A stretch of DNA of 52,876 nucleotides from Octopus bimaculoides (GCF_001194135.2 NC_068998.1:44398279-44451154); one strand, 5' to 3'. Counted from the stretch's first letter, positions 12,966 to 26,904 are shown. Made by a program: numbers and translations. Notes: generated by a model from the letters alone, not told the origin.

Positions 12966-13554
12966 GTTTATTAATTTTATTTTCTTAAGTAACTGTACAT
13001 GTCTACAGCCTTCACAGGTCCTCTAACACCAATGAGATTGCTGAAGATAGCATTGTTCATGAATAGATATTTGTTGGCAGTAGCAAGAAAATCACGAGCA
13101 GTGACGAGATTGCAGGGACTGAAATGATATCCTGTTCGTAGTGGTTAGCAGTGTTTTCTGGAGATAATGGGTCAATATCAATGACACATGGAGCAGAAAC
13201 GAAGGGGTCAAAAGATCCTGAGTGCTGATAACATGAGACCACTTTGCTGCAATGTAATAATCAAAGAAAAAGCAGAAAGAGAATATAGCATGTGGTTATT
13301 TATCCCTTACTCAATCTTCAAGCTGTAAACCTATAATCAAGGATGAATCGTTTTCTTTAAGTTACATTTTTTTTTTTCCAGGAATAGTGTGTTGTAACTA
13401 ATTTATTTAATGTGTCCTTTATCATTTAATATAATAAAATGTTTTGTGGGTATTTCACTGCTCTTTTTTCAGATTGAGTGATTGCAAAGCAATATTTTCA
13501 TTCACTCATATGTAATATTGTTATGCAATGCATATATGCAAATAATTTTGGTAT

Positions 13555-13745
13555 TGTTGTTTAGCATCAGTTCAGGAGATTTATGATGAAAGGTGTTTCA
13601 AGCACGGCCATTCTATCTTTGTTTCTGGCATAATGTATCAGGAACTACAGTATTCTGCAAGTCCTGCCCTTTTGAAGTCATTTGTATGTAATTTTAAGGA
13701 AATTTCACTGCTGCTTTTAATTACCACGTAGAGACCCTACTCTTC
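13555..13745 (-). mobile_element. Dispersed repeat family F, degenerate
   Basis: ttgtttagcatcagttcaggagatttatgatgaaagg...ctgctgcttttaattaccacgtagag resembles 40770-41075 and the reverse complement of 49575-49792. Confidence 0.55.
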
Positions 13746-13935
13746 TTGCTGCTTATAACCTGCTTAGATTGGATTGAATTGACCTTTTTCACTACAAGGT
13801 TTTCAGTATGATCTCGCCACCAAGCATGGCATGATGTAGAAGTCATGAATTTAAGTTTGAGATCATAGAGGTTTGATGAACCTACTCTGCCACACTGGCT
13901 CAGTATGGCTTGGCCCCAAGAGTAGTTCAGCTGAT

Positions 13936-14093
13936 TAAATCAGCCCCAGTACTCAACCGATACACGTTTTATCAACCTGAAAGAATGAAAGGCAAAGTCG
14001 ACCTCAGCAGAATTTGAACTTAAAACATAAGGGTGAATTAAATACTACTAAGCATTTTGCCTAGCATGCTAATGATTCTGCCAGCTTACTACC
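13936..14093 (-). mobile_element. SINE family C
   Basis: gaatgaaaggcaaagtcgacctcagcagaatttgaact...ctaatgattctgccagc. Confidence 0.85.
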
Positions 14094-14470
14094 TGCTCAG
14101 TCAACAGAAATATGTGACTTAAGTGAGGTTTGGCTACTGTATCTAGCAGGTAGGTCAACCACATATATGCATCTTCATTAACTCATTAATTGTAGGAGAA
14201 ATGATGTCATTGGTAATGGAGAAACGATCATGAAAATGGCAATTAAGAAGAACTGAATAAAGGGAAAATCATTACTTAAAATGAGGAATTGGATTTTAGT
14301 TTGATTTTGTGTTAAGGTTTTGAGAACTTAAATGCCAACACATTTAAAGCATTCCTGATAATAGATTATTCAAATCTAATTAAAATTCTGAGTGTTTGGC
14401 TTAGTATTGAGTGTCATTTATGAAAGTGGAATGAGAAGTATCAAATATTTCTTATGATGTGTGAAAGCTC

Positions 14471-14484
14471 TATCTATCTGCCTG

Positions 14485-14518
<34 letters not shown>

Positions 14519-14576
14519 CATCCATCCATCCATCCATCCATCCATCCATCCATCCACCCACCCACCCACGCATGCT

Positions 14577-14620
<44 letters not shown>
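14471..14620. repeat. (TCTA)n(TCCA)n(CA)n compound microsatellite
   Basis: Directly visible. Confidence 0.95.
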
Positions 14621-14621
<1 letters not shown>

Positions 14622-15444
14622 TCTCTTTTCTAATATTCAAATATTATTGCTTACATGTTTTAAAATTGTAATTAACAATAGATATCCTTTGATCCTCAGA
14701 AATTACTGAAGGGGGATGTTTTATATATATATGTATGTGTATTTGTGAGTGTATAAATATATATAAATTTATATATATATATATTTGCTTGTGTGAGTGT
14801 GTGTGTATGTATATTTATATATATTTATATACTTATGTCTAAACATATGTATGTGCATGTGTGTATATGTATGTGTTTACAAATGTAATGAATTTATATA
14901 TGTACACACACACATACATATACGTAACCACACAAATACACATATGTGCACAGGTGTGTATGTCTGTCTCAAGTGACAAGAAAACAGTTCAAGAAAAGTT
15001 TCATTAAAATATATTTAAAAATTTTTTTTTTATTTCAGATTTGAGTTTTAACTTCCTTTTCATAGATTCTGACATAAAATCATTTTTCCTGTCTCATTGT
15101 CTGTGCGTCATTAGCAGCATCTATTGTCCGCCATAACATCTGTCTACCTCTCTGCCTTGTCTACTCTTTTGTCTACTATTATTGTCATGTCACTCTTTAT
15201 ACATACGTGCATAACTCCTTACTCACCTCTTTCTCTCTCTAACTCCATCCATCTACCTAACTATCTACCCATCTATCTATCTTTCTATCTATGTACCTAT
15301 ATACATACACACATACATATATATATATGCTAGTGTCATCATGTTGTCAAATATAATGATAGTTTTTATTAATTATAAACAACATTTATCAGTTGGAGAA
15401 ACAAAGATTATTTTAACTATAATGTTTACTGCAAATATATTGTC

Positions 15445-15560
15445 ATCATGACTATCATCATTTCAACACCTACTCTTCTATCCTTGCTGTGGGTCAGACA
15501 GAATTTGCTGAGGTAAATTTTTTACAACTGGATGCTCTTCCTGTAGTTAACCATCACCTG
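15445..15560 (-). mobile_element. Family E variant, 3' fragment
   Basis: gggtcagacagaatttgctgagg...ttacaactggatgctcttcc; a related plus-strand copy lies at about 46790-46940. Confidence 0.55.
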
Positions 15561-15755
15561 TTTCGAAGTAAGGTGATTTTCTCCATGGCCAGACATGTTT
15601 TCTGAGGTGACTGGAACTGCACGATAGCATTTGTATTATAGCAACATTCATTTACAGCTAACACACATTGTGTAGATATGGTTACCCATACACATTTACC
15701 TATCTATTTCCATGTGTATATATATATATATATATATAGATATAGATATATACAC

Positions 15756-15918
15756 ACGAAGGTAGTCTTTCAGTTTCCATATGCAAAATCTACTCTACTC
15801 AAAAGGCTTTGGTTGGCTCTGGGCTATAGTGAAAGACACATGCTCCAGAGGTCATGCCATGAACCTGAACCCAAAGCCAAGTGCTCAGGAATTAAACTTT
15901 TTAATCCTGTAGCCATGC
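15756..15918 (-). mobile_element. SINE family D, 5' half
   Basis: ctttcagtttccatatgc...aaggctttggttggctctgggctatagtgaaagacac. Confidence 0.7.
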
Positions 15919-16155
15919 TTCATATGCTTCATGTTCATTTTGTGTGTGTGTGTGTGTGTGCACACACGCATGTGAGTGTATGTTTAATCTATTTTCAGTT
16001 GTTTGAATTCTTCTCAAAAGAAAGGAGATGATTTTTAATAAGGAGACGCAATTCCCATTACTCTAACATGGATAGCAACAATAAGTGCTACATGCTGAAC
16101 TGTGGAAAAGCCTTGCTTACTTTAACTGTTCCACTTAGAGATTATATTTCTTCGT

Positions 16156-16445
16156 CATCATCATCATCATCATCATTTAATGTCTGCTTTCCATGCTGGC
16201 ATGGGTTGGACAGTTTGACATGGAGCTGGCATGGCTGGAGAGCTGCAGCAGGGTCCAGTCATCTGATTTGGTATGGTTTCTGTGACTGGGTGCCTTTCCT
16301 AACACCAAGCACTTTACAGAGTGTATTGAGTTCTTTTTACATGGCCCCCAGCTCAGGTCCTTTTTACATGGAACCAGCATGGGTGCTCTGCATGCGACAC
16401 TGACATGGGTACTTTTCATGTGGCACTGGCACATGAAATACACAT
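16156..16445 (-). mobile_element. Family E copy
   Basis: (TCA)n then tttaatgtctgctttccatgctggcatgggttggac; reverse complement of the 7511-7876 tail. Confidence 0.8.
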
Positions 16446-17469
16446 CAGGTGGTCGCATTCTTTACCTAAGAATCCCAGTTTTTTGAGATTGTCACTTAAT
16501 CATTTACTTATATAATGAATATAATTAATAATTATCATTACAAAAGTAAATTTAAATCAGCATAGATTAATTGCAGATAACAAAACAGTTATCGTTTTAT
16601 ATTCTCTTTCTCCATTATGTTCTAGTTATTTAACAAAAGAAATTATATCTCATCAAGAGATAAAGTCTGTTAATGAATGATATATCTATGGATCTTTGGT
16701 AGTTCTATGTATGAACACACACATACACACTGTATAAAATCATTATTATTCAACATCCCTCTCTGAGCTGGCATGGCTGGCATGGTTCAAGGCAGTGCTC
16801 CAGCATGGCTGCAGTCCTGTGATTAAAACAAATAAAAGATCACAGGAAAAAAGATATACATTAAAACACACACACACACACACCTAGACACACACACACA
16901 CACACACAAGTTATAAAAGCAAAAAAGAAAAAAAAACATGGATGTCTCGAAACTTGTCTTAAAAATGACTTCCAAAGAAGAATTAATATGTTAAATTCTT
17001 AAAGATTCTGACAACAGAATTTTATGTCAATCTTCATCTGGAATTTCTGAAGAAATTTCATGAATATATTGCATTCTTTATATCATAGAACTGATATCCA
17101 CTAAATACAAAAAAAAAAAAAAAAAAAATTACAAAAGGCAATATCACATCTTTTGATAGTGCTGAATAAAATGTTTATATATTTACTTAATGAACAAAGA
17201 TTTTTCACTGTATTTTTCACCACGGTTTTCCTTATATTTTTCTCATTATTTCATCTTTTATATATATACGTTATGTTTTGTAATTTTTAAAATTATTTTA
17301 TTATTAAAAAAAAAATGGCTTTTCTTTTACGTTTCTGCATTCTTCATAAAATGCAGTGTCTTTTGGGTAAAGTGATATAAAGATACAAATTTCAAATGAG
17401 ACAAGATGGGTTTTTTTTCTTCTTTTATGGTTTGTCTCTATTGAATTTTGGTGTATTTTTAAAACCACT

Positions 17470-17990
17470 ACATATATGTATGTCTGTATATCTGAATATG
17501 CATGAGTTTACAAACACACACATGTGTTCACATATATATTCACATACAACACACGTGCTTATATGTATACATATATACAAATATGAATAGGTATCCATGT
17601 ATAGATAAATGTATGTATGTATGTTCGCATATATATTCACATATAGCACACATGCGTATGTGAGAAGGAATGAGTATCTATGTATAGGTATATGTACGTA
17701 TATTCACATATACATTCACATACAATATACATGCTTATGTGTATACATATATACGAATATGAACATGTATCAATGTATAAATATATGTATGTATGTATGT
17801 GTAATATGTGTATCAACGTTTAGCATGTTTTCCATATATCTTTATATATATACAAAAAAATACATATATGCAAAATATATATACATAAACATACAGACAT
17901 ATATATATTCACGCACTTACACACATACATGGATACAAACATGCACACACACCAATCTATACTTATAAACACGTATTCTTTTAAGTTATA
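17470..17990. repeat. Degenerate purine-pyrimidine alternating (TA/TG/CA) low-complexity tract
   Basis: Decayed dinucleotide composition; source of spurious Y/I/H/M-rich ORFs. Confidence 0.8.
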
Positions 17991-20135
17991 TAGGTTCTAT
18001 AGCTATCAAACAATCCTTTGATGGAAAGAAAAGAAAAATTGATTATATACAAAATTTTTTTGGATTTTTTCTAATGCTTTATATATATGTATATATTATT
18101 TTATTTTATTTTATCTTATTTTATTTTATTAATAAAATTTCAATTCTTAAGGTAGGGATATTCAAACAAACAGCTTTAGAAGATATGTCAGATTTATTTT
18201 ATTAATATGTAAAAACTTTAAGAAAAACAAACTAAAATTGTTTAGAAATGATATACTCTTCTGACAGATTAACTATAAGGTTGTAAAATATCACACTTCT
18301 TATTTTCTCTTTAAATTGAATTTACAAACTTAGCTAAATATTTGATCCAAAGGATATAATTATAATTCCTAACATCATTATTTTATAAACTGTCCCTTCG
18401 CAAGTAAATTAATGGAAACACTGTTCTATTTAATTATGATTGGCACTTCACATATCTTTTATCTGCTCTGTAAGTTATGAATGATACATTAGTGGTATCT
18501 TGTAGATATAGCAGTCATGGTAACATAGGATATGATAAAGCATTTTCCCAAGTCATACAGACTCATAAGACCAGTTTCCTGATTTTTGTAAAGTGGTTGG
18601 CATTTGGAAAGGCATCCAGCTGTAAAGATTATGCCAAAACTAACCTTGCTTGTGTTAGGGCCATGTCATTTCTGATTGAACGTGCTGATAATTGGCTGTA
18701 TTCTACTAGTGATTATCTCTCATCTCATCTTTCTGGTGCTAACTAAGACTAAATTATCTACTATGTTTTCTTTACTTCGGATATTAGGGTGTAAATTGAG
18801 GAATTTGGCTGCTATGGTTAGCAGGACAGACATATCCCTCATTTGCTCATGTTTAGAATTGGATCTAGCAATTGAAACAAGACAGTGGTGATGGAATGTA
18901 GAGGAAAAGATGTAGGTATCAAGCAGACTTGGTTAATATGGCTATGCAACTGCTTAGTTTCAAGGATTAGAGAGAATTGTTGAAAATGCAGAGAGAACAA
19001 ACAGCATATTTGTGGGTTATTAGTTGCTGTGCATTGGAGTATGTAAATCTTTGTATTTGTTCTGCATGGATGTTTGCCTGTGCACCTAATGGTGATATTA
19101 CTGGGAGAGATAGTTTCTTTGGACTGTGAATTTGTCAAAGACTCTGAAGATAATAACTTGGAATGTTGCATTATTATTCAATAATTCTGTAACACTGGTG
19201 TGGTATTTTCGTTTTGCTTTGTTTTTTGTTGTTTTTTGTTAGATGTATCTAACATCTTTGGAATTCTTTCATGATTTGAAAATGGATTCTTTAAGTTGCA
19301 TGTGTTTGGAACCGTTAAGTATCTTATAGGTTCCTGCCACATCTAATTCCAGTGTTTCAGTGAAATTGAAATACAGTCAGGTTTAAATTTTGTAAATCTT
19401 CTTTAAGATTTCTTTCTATTTCCCCCTTTTTTTTAATAAAAATTCTTTATACATATAGTTCAAAATTCTAAAAAGAAATTGAGAAAACTCACAAGGATTC
19501 TGTATAAATTTCTAAGACAATCTAAATCTTTATAAACCCAAATCAAAATACTAAGCAAAAAAGAAATAAAGAAATAAAAAAGAGTGCAGTAAATTTATAT
19601 TCATCATTGCATCAAGAAGAGAGTTGAGATAAGTTCCCTATAAACTAAGTATGCAATGTAGCAGGTTTTTGTTTTCAAGATAAGCCATTTGAGTTAACTG
19701 AAGTCATCACATACACACACACACACACAAACACACACACGAACACACACACCTGATCAACCCTTCCACTCCAGATCTAATCTAGGACTTTAAGCAACAA
19801 TATTACATTGATTTATAAAAGAAATGACTATGAAACCATAGAAAATTGTGAAAATAAACCCAGCTCGTTTTGTCTACTCATAAATATATTGTTGTTGTTG
19901 AGAGTGGTGATGGAGATGGGAGAGACAGAAATTATAATGATGCATAAAATTTAGGGGTTTTACAGGAATATGAAATACTAGAGGTTCATTATCTTCAATG
20001 CCATTAATCTTCTTATATTGCCTCTAACAGAAAAGCATTTAACAAGAGTTGCTTCTGCTCATACACACATGCTAATGCATATGAGTGTGTATATATTTTT
20101 GCAGGAATATATATGTATGTGTGTATGTATAAATA

Positions 20136-20810
20136 TTGGGTCATCTCATAAATAATGTGGCTTATTCATATTTTTTTTATTTTTCAAAATTAAGATGATA
20201 AAGTTCTAAAATATACTCTCTTTCAATTTCTACAATACCCTTACATCTATCTGGTAGAATTGCAAGGCCCCTCTTCCAAAATTCATTTGTCTGTAACAAA
20301 AAATACTCCTCCAGTACTGTTCTGACCTAGTCTACAGAATTCATATTTTTTCTGTTCGAATGGTTTTGAAGACTGTGGACTAAATGATAATCAGATCGGG
20401 CAACGTCTGGCATATATCATGGATGGGGCATCGTTTCCCATTCAAACTACTCTAGCCTTTGGAATGTCATCCTTGCTGTATGTGGCCAAGCATTATCCTG
20501 ATAGAAGAACACCTTTCGTCTTGAAATCAAAGATGGTCGTTTTTCTTCTAGCGCTGACTTAAACCACTGAAGCTGGTCACAGTAGATCTCCTTTGTTATC
20601 GTTTGGTTTGGGTTTCAAAGTTCAAAGTGGACTAAACCTTTCATATCCCACCAAACAAATAACAACACCTTACATGGGTGAAGACCTTTAGCCTGGGGTG
20701 CCAGTGTTTCTACTTTCCCTGCCCACTGTCTTCGGCACCTGACATTTTTATAGAGGACCCATTTTTCCGCACCAGTCACTATTCGGTCCAAAAAATGGGC
20801 ACTACATCCC
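20136..20810 (-). mobile_element. Mariner (DD34D) transposon relic, inactive transposase
   Basis: The minus strand reads FLDRIVTGAEKWVLY...GLHPCKVLLFVWWDMKG...QDNAWPHTA...HP*YMPDVARSDYHL...EREYIL, with 34 residues between the last two D, the first catalytic D changed to A (20768-20770) and four stops; terminus TA-ttgggtcatctcataaataat. Confidence 0.93.
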
Positions 20811-20976
20811 TAAAAATTCCATGCTTCTCAAAATTTGCCAGTACTACTACTGACATGGATATGCAACCATTTCCTTTTATGGGTGTTTACATCAAGTTCT
20901 ATTTCTGTCTCATCTTTTATCCTCTATGCTATGCATACACTTAATGCTAACAATTTTATATTGTTATCCTAACTGT

Positions 20977-21156
20977 GGAGGCATGTGGCTTTGTGGTTAG
21001 AGCATTAAACGCATGATTGTAAGCTTGTAGATCTGATTCCTGTACTGGAAGATGAGTTATGTTCTTGAGCAAGACACTTCATTTTTCATGCTGCTCCAGT
21101 TGACTTATCTGGTAAAAGCGGGTAATCCTGCGAATGACCGGCGTCCCATCCAGCAG
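20977..21156 (+). mobile_element. Short SINE related to family B
   Basis: tggctttgtggttagagc head, gttcttgagcaagacactt...gctccagttgact, then a different tail aatcctgcgaatgaccggcgtcccatccag. Confidence 0.7.
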
Positions 21157-21296
21157 TATATATATATATATATATACATACTGGAGTAAGTGCATAAATG
21201 CAAAACATGGTGGATTCTAAACAAAACTGTCCGACAAACGGGAACATGAAACTTTGTGTAACAGTTTTTGTGATATTTCTGCTGTTTTTCAATAAA

Positions 21297-21699
<403 letters not shown>

Positions 21700-22551
21700 T
21701 ATATATGTATGCACATACAATATATGTATGTATTTTCTAATATTTTTTTTGTTTTTGTTTTTGGTAATATAATACAAAAGGAACTTCTGGTTAATATTTG
21801 AGAGTGTTCTGTTTTAAATTCTCTATTCTAACATATCAGACTTTTGTTAATATTTTCATTTTAAAAATCAGATTAGAGAACATTCTTTAAAATTTTGCAA
21901 AAATGGAAAAAAAAAAAAAATGGCAATGTATAATGCTAAAACAAGTTGAACAGAGAATTCATCCTTTTCTTATAATTGCTTCAATCTTGCTATTTTTTCA
22001 TATTGCATGTTTTGTATTTTTTCATCTCCTTCATCTGAAGAATTCTCAAAAGTAGCATTAAACTAACCATTAAGGATGCTTCCAGCTTATCTGATCAGCA
22101 GAAGTTTAAAATGGAAAACACCCTTTTCACATCTTGTAGCGCTAAGTAGTTGATGTACAAATAGAAGACACTCTCCGTTCCTAATTGTATGCTTGTGTAA
22201 TGAAAGATGCTTCCAGGCTACCATACTTTTTTTTGTTTAGCTTTGTTTTAAAAAGGTAAATTTAGTTTTATGTAATAATTTTTCTATATTTTTGCTTCAG
22301 TTATTTTTCTTAACTTCTTTTACTTTCCCATATTTATAATTTTTTGATCTACTTTTTAAAAAAATAATTAATTCATAATTTTGTTAATTTTCTAAAGAAT
22401 ATAATTGGATCTTTTCGAGAAATGTCTCTGAGTTTGCAGCTGTCTAAGTCCATACTGTGTTGTGTGGGACTTTAAGACAAAGAGTTAAATTGCTCATATA
22501 CCCTCACCCCACCCTCCATCACTGTATTGTGTTACCTTTATTTATTATCTT

Positions 22552-22767
22552 TCACTTGTTTTAGTAGCTGCACTGTGGCCATGCTGGAGCACTACCAACT
22601 TTAAGAATTTTAGCCATACAACTCAACTCCAGTACTTATTTCTTAAATCTAGAACTTATTCTGTCAGTCGCTTTTGTTGAACCACTAAGTTATAGGGAAC
22701 CTAACACCTGCTGTCAAGCGATTTAGAAGACAATCACAGACACGCACGCACACACGCACACACACAC

Positions 22768-22810
<43 letters not shown>
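22552..22810 (-). mobile_element. SINE family D, 3' half plus (CA)n
   Basis: tgtggccatgctggagcact...ccactaagttatagg...ctgtcaagcgat then (CA)n. Confidence 0.75.
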
Positions 22811-22814
<4 letters not shown>

Positions 22815-22879
22815 TACACATACTCGGCTGTTTCAGGCCCCAATGTTAGTTCTGGCATAGTTTCTAGGACTGGCATCTC

Positions 22880-23250
22880 TTCCTAGTACCAATCATCTTA
22901 CAATGAGTACTGAAGTTGCCAAGTAACTTGTAAGACAAAGTAAAGAAAGGAAAAGAAAAAGCTCACATGACTAAGTGGGAGTGCTTTGTGCAAGATGATG
23001 GAAGCTAAAATATGATATAAGGAGAAGAACAGGGGTCTTGCTATAGAAGACATACATAGTTTTCCTGCATTATATGAGGATGGATGAGAATAGCTGAAAG
23101 GGAGATGAATATGGTAATGATAGGGAAACTGTGCATACTCACAAGGTACAAGGTACATGCGTAAATACAAATTTGTGGTACTATTTTCATTGTTTTAACT
23201 CCTTTCTTCCATGCCATTAGAATTTTTACAGCTGGATGCTTTTCCTCTCC
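22880..23250 (-). mobile_element. Long-body family E-related fragment
   Basis: gccaagtaacttgtaagacaaag is the reverse complement of tctgtcttgcaagttacttg at about 46021; acagctggatgcttttcc at about 23229. Confidence 0.5.
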
Positions 23251-23277
23251 CCAACTCTTGTTATTATTTGTTACAAC

Positions 23278-23464
23278 ACCATTGCTTGACAATCAATGCT
23301 GGTGTGTTTACATCCCTGTAACTTAGCAGTTTGGCAAAAGAAACCAATGGAATAAGTACTAGGCTTACAAAAAATAAGTCCTGAGGTCGATTTCTTTGAC
23401 TAAACCTTTTGAGGTGGTGCTCCAGCATAGCTGCAGTTAAATAACTGAAACAAGTATAAGAATT
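23278..23464 (+). mobile_element. SINE family D, 3' half
   Basis: gcttgacaatcaatgctggtgtgtttac...ggtggtgctccagcatagctgcag...actgaaacaagta. Confidence 0.85.
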
Positions 23465-23870
23465 AAAAAAAAACCTACTGCACAAACATCAAAAGGATGT
23501 GATAGTTCACTGTGCTGGATACTAATAGAATAACCTATCCTGCTAGTGCTAGGTGATTGAAAACTTGCAGAACAGATGAGATATTTGTGGAGATGAATAT
23601 TTACTGTTAAAAATAACAAGAACTAAGCCATTTATAGAGGGAAAAGCAAGACTTAAGATGTGCAGTTCTTACCTTGGTCTGCTGGCAAGTGACAGATATG
23701 TGGTTCAAGTCAAGTCAGTGTGCGTACTGTTCTTTTTCTAACCTAGATTAATATTTGTTTTGCTATTAAATATATGAAAAAAATAAAAGCATAATAATAT
23801 TATATATACTCTATTTTATAGATATATTATGTAAATCCAACAGTGTACAAACTGTGATATAAAAAGACAG

Positions 23871-23872
<2 letters not shown>

Positions 23873-23907
<35 letters not shown>

Positions 23908-24120
23908 GTATATATATGTATATGTGTATATTATATATATATATATATGCATATGTATATATTATATATATATAAATATGTATATATATATGTACATATA
24001 TGTATATAAATTATATGTGTATTATATGTATATGCATTATATGTATATGTATTATATGTATATATATATACATATATGTATATATGTATATATATATTAT
24101 ATATGTATGTATGTATATAT
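23873..24120. repeat. (TA)n-rich microsatellite running into a gap
   Basis: Directly visible. Confidence 0.95.
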
Positions 24121-25115
24121 NNNNNNNNNNNNNNNNNNNNNNNNNNNNNNNNNNNNNNNNNNNNNNNNNNNNNNNNNNNNNNNNNNNNNNNNNNNNNNNN
24201 NNNNNNNNNNNNNNNNNNNNNNNNNNNNNNNNNNNNNNNNNNNNNNNNNNNNNNNNNNNNNNNNNNNNNNNNNNNNNNNNNNNNNNNNNNNNNNNNNNNN
24301 NNNNNNNNNNNNNNNNNNNNNNNNNNNNNNNNNNNNNNNNNNNNNNNNNNNNNNNNNNNNNNNNNNNNNNNNNNNNNNNNNNNNNNNNNNNNNNNNNNNN
24401 NNNNNNNNNNNNNNNNNNNNNNNNNNNNNNNNNNNNNNNNNNNNNNNNNNNNNNNNNNNNNNNNNNNNNNNNNNNNNNNNNNNNNNNNNNNNNNNNNNNN
24501 NNNNNNNNNNNNNNNNNNNNNNNNNNNNNNNNNNNNNNNNNNNNNNNNNNNNNNNNNNNNNNNNNNNNNNNNNNNNNNNNNNNNNNNNNNNNNNNNNNNN
24601 NNNNNNNNNNNNNNNNNNNNNNNNNNNNNNNNNNNNNNNNNNNNNNNNNNNNNNNNNNNNNNNNNNNNNNNNNNNNNNNNNNNNNNNNNNNNNNNNNNNN
24701 NNNNNNNNNNNNNNNNNNNNNNNNNNNNNNNNNNNNNNNNNNNNNNNNNNNNNNNNNNNNNNNNNNNNNNNNNNNNNNNNNNNNNNNNNNNNNNNNNNNN
24801 NNNNNNNNNNNNNNNNNNNNNNNNNNNNNNNNNNNNNNNNNNNNNNNNNNNNNNNNNNNNNNNNNNNNNNNNNNNNNNNNNNNNNNNNNNNNNNNNNNNN
24901 NNNNNNNNNNNNNNNNNNNNNNNNNNNNNNNNNNNNNNNNNNNNNNNNNNNNNNNNNNNNNNNNNNNNNNNNNNNNNNNNNNNNNNNNNNNNNNNNNNNN
25001 NNNNNNNNNNNNNNNNNNNNNNNNNNNNNNNNNNNNNNNNNNNNNNNNNNNNNNNNNNNNNNNNNNNNNNNNNNNNNNNNNNNNNNNNNNNNNNNNNNNN
25101 NNNNNNNNNNNNNNN

Positions 25116-25155
<40 letters not shown>

Positions 25156-25219
25156 ATATATTATATATATATATATGTCGGTGTAGAAATAAGTTGTTCT
25201 TTCTTAAGGATACATTATC

Positions 25220-25415
25220 CAAATTGTATAGACACATTGATGTATAGACAATAATGTTTAGATAGTATTTAGACATACTAATTTATCAACAGATTAACGT
25301 ATAGACACAGTAATGTTGAGACTCTGTGCTGTTTAGACATACTAATGTATGGACACAATAACGTCTAGACATGATGATGTACAGACAATATTATATAAAC
25401 ACAACACAATAATAT
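25220..25415 (+). repeat. Degenerate ~14-16-bp minisatellite, consensus about tgtatagacacaataa
   Basis: About 11-12 imperfect units, for example tgtatagacacattga, tgtttagacatactaa, tgtatggacacaataa. Confidence 0.75.
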
Positions 25416-26904
25416 GTAAATGAAGTGAAAACCCAGATACACTTTTCGTTGGACAGAAAGGAAGAAACTGACAAAATTTTCCATCAGAAATGTCTATAAG
25501 AATAAGCAATGATACATAAGTCTGTAGGGATATTTTAAACTAGATTCTCTGCACGTTGTATTGGACAATTACTGAATTTATTCTTAGGGCTGAATCCTAG
25601 ATGAGAGTCATGTTTATTGGTTCATTTCCCCTTAAAAATGAGTATAGAGTATAGATATGATATAGAAGCAATCACAAAACTTTCATCAATAGTGCAAAGA
25701 CAATGGAATCAATAAATACATTCTTATTTCTTATTTCTTAGATCTTTTAGTACAGTGTACATAATTCCATTTGTTTGAGTGTCTGTGTTTATGTTAGGGT
25801 TTGTGTGTGTTTGTCATTGTTTGTGCTTGTGTATTTGTTGTGTTTGTGAGGTATTTTAAACCTCACATCTATTGGTTCTATTGCTCAAAGTTGATATTCC
25901 CAAGTACCAAACCAAGTTTTCTCACATCTATCAAAGTTAATATCTAAATTCACCTACAGCTCTCTCTCTCTCTCACTCCCTTTCTCTCTCTCTCACTCCC
26001 TTTCTCGCCCTTTGCTTCCCTCCCTCTCTCACTTTCTCTCTCTCTCTCTCTCAAGACAATATCGCTGCAAGCAGAAAACAATCAAAGCTGCTGGGAGCTG
26101 GGATAAACCAATTTAATCAACTTAAACATCAAATAGAAACCATTCTTTTGTTCTCTTTTAATACATGGATCCTAAAATGTAGAAATGCTGAAGGAATGGG
26201 TCGTTATTTGCTACAAAGCCATATATGACAAGATTATAATAATAAGATCAGCTACAGTAATTAGCAATTTCAAATACTTGAAATGATTACATTGGATAAG
26301 TTATCACTTGAGAAATTTAGCTTAATTCTCTTGTGTGTTTGATTCTTGTTTATTCAATACACACTGTAGGATGACTACTTAACAATATGAATGCTTTGTC
26401 CCTTTCTTTGTTCTGCTTTGTTTTATTTTTTCTTCAATAGGAACAGGTTTTAGTAAATATTGTTAAGTCTAATAGAAAAATGCAATTGTTGAAGCAGAAG
26501 AGCTTTTGAAATCTGTTGCAAATATCTGCATTGTTCTTGACCAAATATTTGGCTACAATTCTAAATGAGTTTCAAGTCAGCAGACTTTCTTCACAAGTTC
26601 TGAAGAATTCATAAATAAGTTGTGATTTGCAGGGAAATTAGCACAACAAACTATTTGAAGATGCTCACTTTTTGCATTCTTTTCATTTGAGTCTCAAAGA
26701 CTGTATATTATTTTGTGGGAGAGAGAAATACTGTGTTGTATGATGATTATGTTTATTTTTACTGTTTCGGGAGAATTAAGGATGTAAATAAAGTGAAATG
26801 GCTTCAGATGAGAATTGAAACTGTGCTGCAGTTTTGGCTTGATAGGAGCTTCTTTCATACTCAGAAGTTGTCTGCTAAATAACAAACATGTAATGATTTC
26901 TATT

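Noticed and set aside
18412-18469. ATG-to-gtaagt hydrophobic first-exon candidate (METLFYLIMIGTSHIFYLL)
   Set aside because: Very AT-rich, no linked downstream exon, and consistent with a chance match.
23673-23742. Minus-strand exon with a strong gtaaga donor
   Set aside because: All three frames contain stops from either nearby acceptor; at most a non-coding exon, which sequence alone cannot support.
23906-25276. Long ORFs in the supplied track (up to 426 aa), and similar ones at 4640-5399 and 48045-48942
   Set aside because: They are translations of N gaps and dinucleotide microsatellites (YIYI, CVCV, THTH), not genes.
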